Origin: Acinetobacter wanghuae
GTDB taxonomy: Bacteria > Pseudomonadota > Gammaproteobacteria > Pseudomonadales > Moraxellaceae
DNA: 32,000 bases
Reading direction: 5' to 3'
Assembly (NCBI RefSeq): GCF_009557235.1
Contig: NZ_CP045650.1
Coordinates: forward strand, 1,950,001-1,982,000
The translations under genes and the position numbers were made by a program. Numbering within the stretch: position 1 is the stretch's first letter; the number at the start of each line of letters is the position of its first letter. Under the pieces are notes generated by a model. It did no database searches. It was given only the letters and a program-made list of their open reading frames with translations, and was not told where the DNA came from. Positions 10,096-18,317 of the stretch are shown in pieces.

Positions 10096-10548
10096 ATGCG
10101 CTTTCACATCCGCCCTTTGCTTCTTGATCAAGATTTGCATGATATTCATCAATTGACCACGCAATTGGGCTATCCGACTACTTTAGATAATATTCAAAAA
10201 CGATGGCAATTGCTCCATCAACGTGCAGGCTATGAAACTTTAGTCATTACAGATGGAACGCGTGTACTTGGTTATGCTGGTTTGATTGAGCAATACACAT
10301 GGGAATTTGATGATGGCTATTTCAGGATTCAAGCCTTTGTTATAGATGAAGCTTATCGTGGGCAAGGCTTGGGCAAACAACTCATTCAAGCGATTCAAGA
10401 GTTAGCGAAACAGCGTGGCTTAAAAAGATTATTAGTCAACAGTGGAAATAGACCTGAGCGTTACCCTGCACACGCTTTTTATAAAAATTTAGGATTTGAA
10501 GAATACAGTCTGGGCTTCACCAAGTATCTGAATGATCAGCCTGAATAG
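10096..10548 (+). CDS. GNAT-family N-acetyltransferase
   Basis: 150-aa ORF with the acetyl-CoA-binding motif RGQGLGKQLI and a C-terminal FYKNLGF typical of GNAT folds. Confidence 0.8.
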   Translation: MRFHIRPLLLDQDLHDIHQLTTQLGYPTTLDNIQKRWQLLHQRAGYETLVITDGTRVLGYAGLIEQYTWEFDDGYFRIQAFVIDEAYRGQGLGKQLIQAIQELAKQRGLKRLLVNSGNRPERYPAHAFYKNLGFEEYSLGFTKYLNDQPE

Positions 10549-10575
10549 CACCAAGCTGATCATTTCTGTTTTTTC
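10531..10575 (+). terminator. Candidate terminator for the GNAT gene
   Basis: AATGATCAGC (10531-10540, inside the last codons) pairs with GCTGATCATT (10555-10564) across a 14-nt loop, with T6 at 10569-10574. Confidence 0.4.
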
Positions 10576-10578
10576 CAA

Positions 10579-11553
10579 TTAAGAAATATCTGCGGGGAAC
10601 GTAATCACTTTCTCAAGCTTCATTTGATTGGTCGCAATCATTAATAAACGATCAATCCCAAGTGCAATGCCTGAACATTCGCTCATATGTGGTAATGCCG
10701 CTAGCAGATATTCATCAATTGGCATCACATGTAAGCCTTGTTTTTCACGTTCTACGTTATCGGCTTCAAAACGTGAACGGAGTACATCCGCATCAATCAA
10801 CTCATCATAGGCATTGGCAAGTTCTAAGCCTTCAATATACAGCTCGAATCGCGCAGCAACCAGTTCCCCATCTTCATCCAGCTTGGTTTTAGCAAGAGAA
10901 GCCATTTCTGGTGGAAAGTCCGTTAAAAAGACCGCTGTATCAAACCCTAGGCTCGGTTCGACCATATGTGAGAACAATAAGTCGATATACGCTAAGCGAT
11001 CATCCCCTAAATCAAGATTTAAACCCACACGGCGACAACAATCTTTTAGTTCTTTTAATGTCGCTTGCAGCGGATTCAATTCTAAACGATCCATAAACGC
11101 ATGTTTATAACTCAAAATCGTTGGACGAACCTCGCCAAAACGGGCTTTTAAGGTGACATTCAATAAATCACTCACCTCAAACATCAGGTCTTTTAAGCTA
11201 AAGTCTGGGCGATACCATTCCAACATGGTGAATTCACTGTTGTGTTTACGCCCATGCTCGTCGTCACGGAAGACTTTACAGATTTGGTATATTGGACCAC
11301 TGCCACTCGCTAAAAGTCGCTTCATGGCGAATTCAGGCGAAGTTTGCAAGTAATGCGTACTCAGCTTCCCTAACACATGTCGCTGTGCTTGTACTGACGC
11401 TAAATGTACATCTGTCACCCCTGCTTGTGACAAAATTGGCGTTTCCACTTCTAACACATCACGTTCAGCAAAAAATTGACGTAGTTGTGCATACATGTTG
11501 GCACGGGCTTTGATGGCATTTAAATCACAGGTTGGTTGATATGAAATGCTCAC
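10579..11553 (-). CDS. epmA: Elongation factor P--(R)-beta-lysine ligase (truncated class II LysRS paralog, GenX/PoxA)
   Basis: EpmA-like throughout (VLEVETP, SPEFAMKRLLA, FTMLEWYR, GIALGIDRL). I place the start at the GTG at 11553, which gives 324 aa. A GGAGG lies 9 nt upstream (11567-11563), and the GTG overlaps the pdxB stop as GTGA. The ORF-track start at 11580 is also a GTG but has no SD. Confidence 0.88.
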   Translation of the reverse strand: MSISYQPTCDLNAIKARANMYAQLRQFFAERDVLEVETPILSQAGVTDVHLASVQAQRHVLGKLSTHYLQTSPEFAMKRLLASGSGPIYQICKVFRDDEHGRKHNSEFTMLEWYRPDFSLKDLMFEVSDLLNVTLKARFGEVRPTILSYKHAFMDRLELNPLQATLKELKDCCRRVGLNLDLGDDRLAYIDLLFSHMVEPSLGFDTAVFLTDFPPEMASLAKTKLDEDGELVAARFELYIEGLELANAYDELIDADVLRSRFEADNVEREKQGLHVMPIDEYLLAALPHMSECSGIALGIDRLLMIATNQMKLEKVITFPADIS

Positions 11554-12617
11554 GCTTTTGGACCTCCATGGGCTGCCCACTCACGGCGCAGTGGATAAGT
11601 TTTACGTAAATAATCAAAGGCTTTTTGCTCAACGATGCCATCTTTTACGCAAGCACGTAAATTCGCATCATCACACTGAATGTCATAAATTTCCGTTAAA
11701 TGCTGTTTTAAAATCGTTTTAAGGTCAGCTTGATCAAAATACTGTGCACATATCGGCAGTTGCGTTTCGAATTTTTTATGCGCAATGAAGCCAAATTTTT
11801 GGCAAAAGGCATCATAAATCATTTGTGTACCGCGTGCTTTACCTTCCAAGCTATAACCGGCAATGTGCGGTGTCACCAAAGTGATGAGATCCAATACATT
11901 TTCTTGAATCACGGGTTCGTGCTCAAAGACATCGAGCACCACTTGCCTTTGTGTCTTTTGAATATCTTGAATCAGTGCTTGTTCTTCAACCACAGCACCG
12001 CGTGCAGAATTAATCAAGATCGCTTGAGGCTGCATTTGACTTAAACTATCAGCATTAAATAAATGATAGGTCGGATGTTCGCCATCTTTTGTAAGGGGCA
12101 CATGAATGCTGATCGCATCTGCTTGTTTGAGCAGTTCTGTAAATTCGACCTGTTCAATGGGGTCACGCTGTACAAATGGATCGTAACCAATCACATTCCA
12201 ACCCAAAAGTTTCGCCATAAAAGCCAAACGCGAACCGACATTACCTAAACCGACAATACCTAAAGTAAAAGTATCATTGGCATCAAGGAGTTGAGGACGT
12301 ACATATAAAAGTGCAGTAATCACATATTCTGCAACCGCTTGTGCGTTACAGCCTGCGGCATTACTCCAAGTAACCCCCTGTTGCTCTAAAACAGGAATAT
12401 CTAAATGATCTGTGCCAATGGTTGCACTACCGACAAATTTAATCTGACTATGCGCAATCAGGTTTTGATTGACTTGGGTCACTGAACGCACCAATAAAGC
12501 ATCCGCATCATTTACATCAACCGCGGTTAAGGTACGCCCTGCACGCGCATTAATATCGCCAAACTCAGCAAAGAAATAATCGGTAAATGCCAGATTTTCA
12601 TCTGCGATAATTTTCAT
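11550..12617 (-). CDS. pdxB: Erythronate-4-phosphate dehydrogenase
   Basis: D-2-hydroxyacid dehydrogenase fold with PdxB-type ends (MKIIADENL, GIVGLGNVGSRL, HIAGYSLEGKARGT, and a C-terminal dimerisation region). The ATG at 12617 is preferred over the upstream TTG at 12629 in the ORF track, based on alignment to the E. coli PdxB N-terminus (MKILVDENM) as I recall it. Confidence 0.9.
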   Translation of the reverse strand: MKIIADENLAFTDYFFAEFGDINARAGRTLTAVDVNDADALLVRSVTQVNQNLIAHSQIKFVGSATIGTDHLDIPVLEQQGVTWSNAAGCNAQAVAEYVITALLYVRPQLLDANDTFTLGIVGLGNVGSRLAFMAKLLGWNVIGYDPFVQRDPIEQVEFTELLKQADAISIHVPLTKDGEHPTYHLFNADSLSQMQPQAILINSARGAVVEEQALIQDIQKTQRQVVLDVFEHEPVIQENVLDLITLVTPHIAGYSLEGKARGTQMIYDAFCQKFGFIAHKKFETQLPICAQYFDQADLKTILKQHLTEIYDIQCDDANLRACVKDGIVEQKAFDYLRKTYPLRREWAAHGGPKA

Positions 12618-12733
12618 AATGATATCCAAAAGACACTTAGACTTATGATAACGCGTTGTAGCGTTGGGCTCTATCTTTGTATGTGGTCATCATCATGTCA
12701 TGCGTTATCAGACGAAATTAAAACATAGAGCTA

Positions 12734-12766
12734 TAAAAAAACCCCAATCTTGCGATTGGGGTTTTA
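12734..12766 (-). terminator. Rho-independent terminator of tRNA-Ser copy 1
   Basis: The minus strand reads ACCCCAATC gcaa GATTGGGGT followed by T8, immediately 3' of the tRNA CCA end. Confidence 0.8.
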
Positions 12767-12771
12767 GAATT

Positions 12772-12861
12772 TGGCGGAAGCGGTGAGATTCGAACTCACG
12801 GAGGGGGTAAACCCTCGTCGGTTTTCAAGACCGGTGCATTAAACCGCTCTGCCACGCTTCC
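12772..12861 (-). tRNA. tRNA-Ser (anticodon UGA), copy 1
   Basis: The reverse complement is GGAAGCGTGGCAGAGCGGTTTAATGCACCGGTCTTGAAAACCGACGAGGGTTTACCCCCTCCGTGAGTTCGAATCTCACCGCTTCCGCCA. It has a 7-bp acceptor stem, anticodon loop CT-TGA-AA, a long variable arm (GAGGG/CCCTC), T-arm GTGAG-TTCGAAT-CTCAC, and an encoded CCA. Confidence 0.95.
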
Positions 12862-12870
12862 ATGGGCGTC

Positions 12871-12899
12871 ATCATATAAATATTTATGAATATTGGCAA
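12871..12899 (-). promoter_or_regulatory. Sigma70-type promoter of tRNA-Ser copy 1
   Basis: The minus strand reads TTGCCA, a 17-nt spacer, then TATGAT, followed by a GC-rich discriminator (GACGCCC) just upstream of the mature 5' end. Confidence 0.6.
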
Positions 12900-13059
12900 T
12901 GGTAAATCTTAAAAGTTGTAAAAAATTCAGTTTAATCAGCCAAAAAGTATTCAAAAATGCATACTTTGCTTGAGATCAAGCTTAAAAAACATATAAGACA
13001 ATAAAAAATATCGGGGGCTAATTTCGTTATTTCATTTATTCACGTAAATTTTATAGATA

Positions 13060-13092
13060 TAAAAAAACCCCAATCTTGCGATTGGGGTTTTA
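13060..13092 (-). terminator. Rho-independent terminator of tRNA-Ser copy 2
   Basis: Same ACCCCAATC gcaa GATTGGGGT stem and T-run as copy 1. Confidence 0.8.
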
Positions 13093-13097
13093 GAATT

Positions 13098-13187
13098 TGG
13101 CGGAAGCGGTGAGATTCGAACTCACGGAGGGGGTAAACCCTCGTCGGTTTTCAAGACCGGTGCATTAAACCGCTCTGCCACGCTTCC
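13098..13187 (-). tRNA. tRNA-Ser (anticodon UGA), copy 2
   Basis: The 90-nt sequence is identical by eye to copy 1. Confidence 0.95.
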
Positions 13188-13196
13188 ATGGGCGCC

Positions 13197-13225
13197 ATCA
13201 TATAAATATTTCAGCCAATTGGCAA
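13197..13225 (-). promoter_or_regulatory. Sigma70-type promoter of tRNA-Ser copy 2
   Basis: The minus strand reads TTGCCA, a 17-nt spacer, then TATGAT, followed by a GGCGCCC discriminator. Confidence 0.6.
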
Positions 13226-13266
13226 ATTATTTTATACATTTAGCACATCAATCGAACAAAATAGAA

Positions 13267-13770
13267 TCAATGATTTGAATCTACAGGGTTTTCTGAGGGA
13301 TCATAGCGAATGGCATTGATGTACCAGATTTTCTTACCTGACGGTGTCATGACTTCAGCTTCATCATCTACTTGTTTGCCGAGCAAGGCACGAGACATCG
13401 GTGAATCGATTGAAATATGCTGTGGGTGATGATCATAAATTTCATCGACACCGACAATACGAATGGTTTTGCTCTCACCTTCATCATTTTCAATATCCAC
13501 CCAAGCACCAAAATAAACTTTGCCCGCTTGTTCAGGCGAAAAATCAATAATCCGTAACTCTTCGAGGCGCTTGCCTAAGTAACGTACCCGACGGTCAATT
13601 TTACGCAAAATTTGTTTGTTATATTGGTAATCGGCGTTTTCCGACCGATCGCCGAGACTCGCAGCCCAATTTACTTTGCGGGTAATTTCAGGGCGTTCTT
13701 CGTGCCACAGATTCTTAAGTTCTGCCACCAATTTATCGTGACCACCACGGGTAATGAGATTAGATTTCAT
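13267..13770 (-). CDS. greB: Transcription elongation (transcript cleavage) factor GreB
   Basis: 167-aa ORF with a Gre-family N-terminal coiled coil (ITRGGHDKLVAELKNLW, GDRSENADYQY) and a C-terminal globular domain. The basic-patch N-terminus and the length fit GreB. Confidence 0.9.
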   Translation of the reverse strand: MKSNLITRGGHDKLVAELKNLWHEERPEITRKVNWAASLGDRSENADYQYNKQILRKIDRRVRYLGKRLEELRIIDFSPEQAGKVYFGAWVDIENDEGESKTIRIVGVDEIYDHHPQHISIDSPMSRALLGKQVDDEAEVMTPSGKKIWYINAIRYDPSENPVDSNH

Positions 13771-14135
13771 CGTTTTTTTGTACCATTTTTTTGCCCATTT
13801 TGCATGCGTCTTGTCGTATTTTAATGGCTAAAAATACGATTGCAAAACAACATTATTTTTTTTATCAATAAATTTAACCACTTAGATTACATTTTTTAAA
13901 TAATTGATGTACAAAATTTGACAATCTTTTTTTTGATCATTAATATGCGCTCATGTTTTATTTCTGATTATTTTTTAATCTATGTAGTTTTTCTACATTT
14001 TTTCCTATTCATCCCAAGTCATTTTGAATGACGTCATGACTGCCCAACCCTTATTGAATTTATCAAACTGATTAAAAGTTTCAGGGATTTTCACCTGTGC
14101 TTTTTAGGGCATAAATTACTTGTAGCGGAGACAAC

Positions 14136-15248
14136 ATGCACAGTAGTTCAACTTCTGGGTCGAGGCTTTGCCTTCACTCTTTTTCTTCTCTCTCGATTAA
14201 AGCGCTTGCCTTAAGCACCGCAATTATTCCGTTTCATAGTATTAATGCCAGTAAAACCACCCATCAGTTTGATCATGTGGTGAACAGTAATAAACTCGTC
14301 GTCGTTGCGGTGAAAAATCCCACCACGATTTTTCAAAATGGCAATCAAATGCATGGTTTTGGTTATGACCTTGTACGCACTTATGCACATAGTTTAAATG
14401 TTCAACTTGATTTTCAGGTGGTTAACGATAATGCCACGGCTTTAAAATGGGTCAAACAAGGCAAAGCCAATTTGGCGATGACCACCGCTGACTATAAGGT
14501 GATCGAGTCTAAACATTTAATGATGTTTTCAGCAACCTGCGGTGATGATGCATCGATGCAAGCCAATGGCTTAAATGCAAATTTGAATTGGGTATTTAAA
14601 TCTGCTGAAGATCCTTTAAGCCAAACAGCAAGTGATTTTATTTGTCGTAGTAAACAAAATGGCGCCACTAAACAATTGGCATCATTTTATAATCGCAATG
14701 TGGTGAAGCCTGAATCATGGGATACCATTCAACGCGATCTCAATAAACGTTTACCGATTTATCAAGCCAGCTTTAAGAAAACCGCAAAACAGTATGATTT
14801 AGACTGGCATTTATTGGCTGCAATTGGTTATCAAGAATCATATTTGAAACCTAATTCTGTTTCACCGACTGGTGTACGTGGCATTATGATGTTGACCAAT
14901 AGCACTGCCAAAGCGATGGGTGTCAGCAATCGCGTGGATGCCACACAAAGCATTCAAGGCGGTGCCAAGTACTATGATCAAATGCTCAGTCGTTATGCCC
15001 ACATTCCACTCCCCGATCGGAATTGGTATGCATTGATTGCCTATAACATGGGTCCTGGTGCAGTCGATCAGATTCAAAAGCGTGTTCGTGCCCAAGGCAA
15101 AAATGCGAATCAGTGGGTCAACGTCTATGCTTATTTAGCGCGGAATAAAGCGTCAAATGCACGTTTCGGTCAAGCCTTGCAATATGTAACCCGTATCCGT
15201 TCGTATTTGGAACATATTAAATCTACACCGCAATGGGTCAGTGTTTAA
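14136..15248 (+). CDS. MltF-like membrane-bound lytic murein transglycosylase (short, divergent SBP-like N-domain plus SLT catalytic domain)
   Basis: 370-aa ORF with a GGAG SD 6 nt upstream and a hydrophobic N-terminus. The C-terminal half carries SLT motifs (IGYQESYLKPNSVSPTGVRGIMMLT, AYNMGPG). The N-terminal part resembles a periplasmic-binding fold as in MltF but is shorter. Confidence 0.8.
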   Translation: MHSSSTSGSRLCLHSFSSLSIKALALSTAIIPFHSINASKTTHQFDHVVNSNKLVVVAVKNPTTIFQNGNQMHGFGYDLVRTYAHSLNVQLDFQVVNDNATALKWVKQGKANLAMTTADYKVIESKHLMMFSATCGDDASMQANGLNANLNWVFKSAEDPLSQTASDFICRSKQNGATKQLASFYNRNVVKPESWDTIQRDLNKRLPIYQASFKKTAKQYDLDWHLLAAIGYQESYLKPNSVSPTGVRGIMMLTNSTAKAMGVSNRVDATQSIQGGAKYYDQMLSRYAHIPLPDRNWYALIAYNMGPGAVDQIQKRVRAQGKNANQWVNVYAYLARNKASNARFGQALQYVTRIRSYLEHIKSTPQWVSV

Positions 15249-15269
15249 TCACAGATTTCCATAAGGCAT

Positions 15270-15305
15270 AAAAAAAAGCTTAGCGATAATCGCTAAGCTT
15301 TTTTT
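15270..15305. terminator. Bidirectional rho-independent terminator between the MltF-like gene and the SCP2 gene
   Basis: A8, then AAGCTTAGCG ataat CGCTAAGCTT (perfect 10-bp stem), then T7. It sits between convergent stop codons. Confidence 0.75.
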
Positions 15306-15319
15306 ATTTTTAAGATAAA

Positions 15320-15703
15320 TTAAGCAGTTTGCTCAAGTACTTTCTTAAACAAATCTTTTTGTTCTTGGCTTGGTTTAGCCGTTTGCAATGCCATCAATTG
15401 AGACATGTCGCCTTGAACTTTGATTTTGCCTGTCATAAATGCTTGCATTGCCGCAGCCATATCAAACTCAAGGAATACTTTACGTAATGTTTCAGCATCC
15501 ATGTTCAATGTGGTTTTTGCATTTGAAGACAAACCTTTTTTGATTGCACCACCATCCAATGCTAACTCGGTATTCCCTGCAGCATCAGCAACCACTAAGT
15601 TAATTGCAAGATTTGCAAGCGCTGGTGGCAAGTTTAAATCACCTGCTTGTGCAGTAAGTGTTTCGACAGTTGAAAACCAATCATCAGTTAAAAAAGCAGG
15701 CAT
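15320..15703 (-). CDS. SCP2 (sterol carrier protein 2-like) domain protein
   Basis: 127-aa ORF with the typical SCP2 C-terminal pattern (FMTGKIKVQGDMSQLMALQ). Confidence 0.75.
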   Translation of the reverse strand: MPAFLTDDWFSTVETLTAQAGDLNLPPALANLAINLVVADAAGNTELALDGGAIKKGLSSNAKTTLNMDAETLRKVFLEFDMAAAMQAFMTGKIKVQGDMSQLMALQTAKPSQEQKDLFKKVLEQTA

Positions 15704-15867
15704 AATCTTTCCTCAATTATATGTTCATTTGTGTCGTCAATCCTGACCACATCATGGTGAAGCTATTTTGCTTAACGGTTGTTATAGCATGATCATTTAA
15801 AGAATGGCTAACGAATTTTGTACGCAGCGTTCAATTTTTGAAGGATCGGACACTTTCGAGCAGAACA

Positions 15868-15901
15868 TAAAAAAACAGACATAAGATTAACCTATGTCTG
15901 T
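15868..15901 (-). terminator. Rho-independent terminator after ttcA
   Basis: The minus strand reads CAGACATA ggttaatct TATGTCTG followed by T7, about 30 nt after the ttcA stop codon. Confidence 0.6.
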
Positions 15902-15929
15902 TCTGGGTTGATCCAGATTTGAAAGCCAA

Positions 15930-16862
15930 TTAATCAGCTACAAAACCAAGATTGACCATATTGATACGTTTGCTTTCACTTTCACCTTCAACTGCTTCTT
16001 CCGTTGAGCATGAACCTTTAAAGTCAAACTCACGTTGTGAATCTAAGGCTTCAAAGTCGAACAACTCACGGTCAGCCAATTGCGATGGTGACACGTTTTG
16101 CAGTGCACCAAAAATGCTGTGTAAGCGTTTCGGAAACTCTTTATCCCAACCACGTAACATGTCATTAAGCATGGCACGTTGTAGGTTTTCTTGAGAACCA
16201 CACAAATTACACGGAATAATTGGGAACTGACGCATCTCGGCATATTTGATGATGTCTTTTTCTTCCACATAAGCCAATGGACGAATCAAGATATTCTTTT
16301 TATCCGACGACAACAGTTTTGGTGGCATCGCTTTTAAGCTACCGCCATGGAACAAGTTCAAGAAGAACGTTGCCAAAATATCATCACGGTGATGACCTAA
16401 AGCCACTTTGGTTGCACCAATTTCTTGCGCGAAACCATACAATGAACCACGACGTAAGCGTGAGCACACTGCACAATACGTTTTACCTTCAGGCGTCAAC
16501 TTCTTGGTAATGCTGTAGGTATCTTTTTCAAGAATATAATACGGAATGTTATTTTCTTCTAAATAACGTGGTAATACATCTTCAGGGAAGCCCGGCTGCT
16601 TTTGATCCAGATTAACCGCGACCACGTCAAATTTGACCGGTGAGATACGCTTAAACTGCAACATAATATCAAGCAAGGTATAACTGTCTTTACCACCAGA
16701 AATACAGACCATGACTTTGTCGCCTTCTTCGATCATTTTAAAATCACGAATAGCGTGCCCCACTTGGCGGCGAAGCTTTTTCAACAAACGATAATACGCA
16801 GAGCTTGTTGGTAATTCCGGTTTGAAATTAAATCCTTGTTCGGATTCAACTGGCGAGAACAT
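15930..16862 (-). CDS. ttcA: tRNA 2-thiocytidine(32) synthetase
   Basis: PP-loop motif CISGGKDSY plus TtcA cysteine motifs ([18 protein letters not shown]). The start is placed at the ATG at 16862 (MFSPVESEQ..., 310 aa) by alignment to the length of TtcA orthologues. The 42 extra codons in the ORF track (up to 16988) are hydrophobic and low-complexity and have no TtcA counterpart. Confidence 0.88.
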   Translation of the reverse strand: MFSPVESEQGFNFKPELPTSSAYYRLLKKLRRQVGHAIRDFKMIEEGDKVMVCISGGKDSYTLLDIMLQFKRISPVKFDVVAVNLDQKQPGFPEDVLPRYLEENNIPYYILEKDTYSITKKLTPEGKTYCAVCSRLRRGSLYGFAQEIGATKVALGHHRDDILATFFLNLFHGGSLKAMPPKLLSSDKKNILIRPLAYVEEKDIIKYAEMRQFPIIPCNLCGSQENLQRAMLNDMLRGWDKEFPKRLHSIFGALQNVSPSQLADRELFDFEALDSQREFDFKGSCSTEEAVEGESESKRINMVNLGFVAD

Positions 16863-17041
16863 AGACGAGAATAACCCATAGATAAAAATTCTAGGCAATT
16901 TTATCCGATTCAGGTTCTCACCGCACCAAAAGATTTTATTTTCATAAAAACCCAATTCAAGCATGAGAAAAACATGAAAAATGTTCAATCTTAGCCAGCA
17001 CTAAAAGTTCAATTTTTAGCCAAGATGCTTATCTTTTGGAC

Positions 17042-17086
17042 TTTTCCACAGTTTTCCACAAAAGCTGTGGATAACTTTGTGGATTG
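17042..17086. promoter_or_regulatory. Cluster of four DnaA-box-like 9-mers (two forward, two reverse)
   Basis: The forward boxes are TTTTCCACA at 17042-17050 and 17052-17060. The reverse boxes are TGTGGATAA at 17066-17074 (reverse complement TTATCCACA, a perfect consensus) and TGTGGATTG at 17078-17086 (reverse complement CAATCCACA). Confidence 0.5.
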
Positions 17087-17364
17087 ACGCGCACTTGACA
17101 AGCCTATTGCCCTCCACTTGAAGGCTTGAGTTTAAATTGATCATTTTTTGATCAATTTATTAGTTATTTAAAATCAAACACTTAAACCTGTCAAGGACTC
17201 TGAATTAAAAAAAAATAAATAAATTTTTTGGTCAGTTCCTCAGCAAAAAGGACTTGCATTTACAAACATGTTTATAAATCCAACGACGAAGCCTGTTCAT
17301 TCAGTAAAATTTTGTTAAACTCGTAAACCAAGGCTTTTGATTCATTATTTTTAAACTATAAACA

Positions 17365-18234
17365 ATGAAAATAAAATTACGTGTTATGGGGTCACATCTG
17401 TTGGGCAGTTTACTAATGCTAAATTGCTTCACCGTGGTGTATGCAGGTCAAACCATCTATCAACTTAAGGATAGTAATGGCACAACACTGCTGACCAATA
17501 AAAAAAGCCGTTATAACCACATGCAAGTGGAAAAGAAAACCTATTATCCTGACAGTAATATTCATAGTTACAGCAATTGGGGTTCAAGCGAATCTGCAGT
17601 GCTGCCGAGTTACAGTAAAAACAAAAATGCCTTTGACAATATTATTCGCCAAGCGTCACAAAAATACGGCGTTTCCGAAGGTTTAATTAAAGCCGTGATG
17701 CATACGGAATCTGGTTTTAACGTCAATGCACGCTCACCCGTCGGCGCACAAGGACTGATGCAGCTCATGCCAGCTACGGCGCGTCGCTTTAATGTTACGA
17801 ATCCTTATGATCCCTACCAAAATATTATGGCAGGCACCAAATATTTAGCTTGGTTAATGAAACGTTTTAATGGCAATGTGCGCTTTGCACTCGCAGGCTA
17901 TAATGCGGGTGAAGGCAATGTCGCCAAATATGGCGATGTACCACCATTTCGTGAAACACAAGATTATGTGCGCCGTGTGAATAGTCGTTACCAAAACTTA
18001 TATGCACAAGGTCTAGGCTCAATCTCAAGTTCCAATCAAAATTCGGCACGCGTCATCGCCAGTTCAGACATGGATCAGCAGACAGCAGCTCATCACAATA
18101 CCACTGCGGCTCAAGTACCTAAACATCAAAGACAGATTATTCTGACCGCAGATGGTCGCTATACCGATGCACCGATGGGCTCGTATGCCACAGCAAATGC
18201 CAGCGCATCTGCTAAACTCTATATCAGCGAATAA
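17365..18234 (+). CDS. Secreted lytic transglycosylase (SLT domain) with a Ser/Ala/Gln-rich C-terminal tail
   Basis: 289-aa ORF with a signal peptide (LLGSLLMLNCFTVVYA) and SLT catalytic motifs (VMHTESGFN, GAQGLMQLMPATA, AGYNAGEGNV). Confidence 0.85.
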   Translation: MKIKLRVMGSHLLGSLLMLNCFTVVYAGQTIYQLKDSNGTTLLTNKKSRYNHMQVEKKTYYPDSNIHSYSNWGSSESAVLPSYSKNKNAFDNIIRQASQKYGVSEGLIKAVMHTESGFNVNARSPVGAQGLMQLMPATARRFNVTNPYDPYQNIMAGTKYLAWLMKRFNGNVRFALAGYNAGEGNVAKYGDVPPFRETQDYVRRVNSRYQNLYAQGLGSISSSNQNSARVIASSDMDQQTAAHHNTTAAQVPKHQRQIILTADGRYTDAPMGSYATANASASAKLYISE

Positions 18235-18317
18235 TTTTTCTTTGCAACACTATGCACTTTAATCAGAATTCTTTAACAAATTCTGGCGGGTTATTCTGCG
18301 TATTTTTATAATTTCTC

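Larger units (their letters stand above)
12733..13225 (-). repeat. Tandem duplication of a complete tRNA-Ser transcription unit (promoter, tRNA, terminator), period 326 bp
   Basis: 12733-12899 and 13059-13225 are near-identical by eye. I noticed one T/C difference in the 5' leader (12869 versus 13195) and divergence in the promoter spacers. The ~160-bp spacer between the copies is unrelated sequence. Confidence 0.85.

Noticed and set aside
12646-12710. 9-bp inverted repeat TGATAACGC ... GCGTTATCA upstream of pdxB as a structured leader or riboswitch
   Set aside because: The arms are 47 nt apart with no supporting secondary pairing that I could see. No riboswitch class is known for pdxB. It cannot be separated from chance without comparative data.
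13856-13934. Homopolymer tracts (T8 at 13856-13863, T8 at 13927-13934, and A9 at 17207-17215) as phase-variation switches
   Set aside because: The tracts are short, lie in generally AT-rich intergenic DNA, and are not positioned between recognisable -35 and -10 elements, so they are probably compositional.
17042-17240. A bona fide chromosomal replication origin (oriC)
   Set aside because: DnaA boxes and adjacent AT-rich DNA are present, but there are no recognisable repeated 13-mer DUE-type elements, and the flanking genes (ttcA, SLT) are not origin-associated. The region is kept as a DARS/datA-like or regulatory candidate instead.
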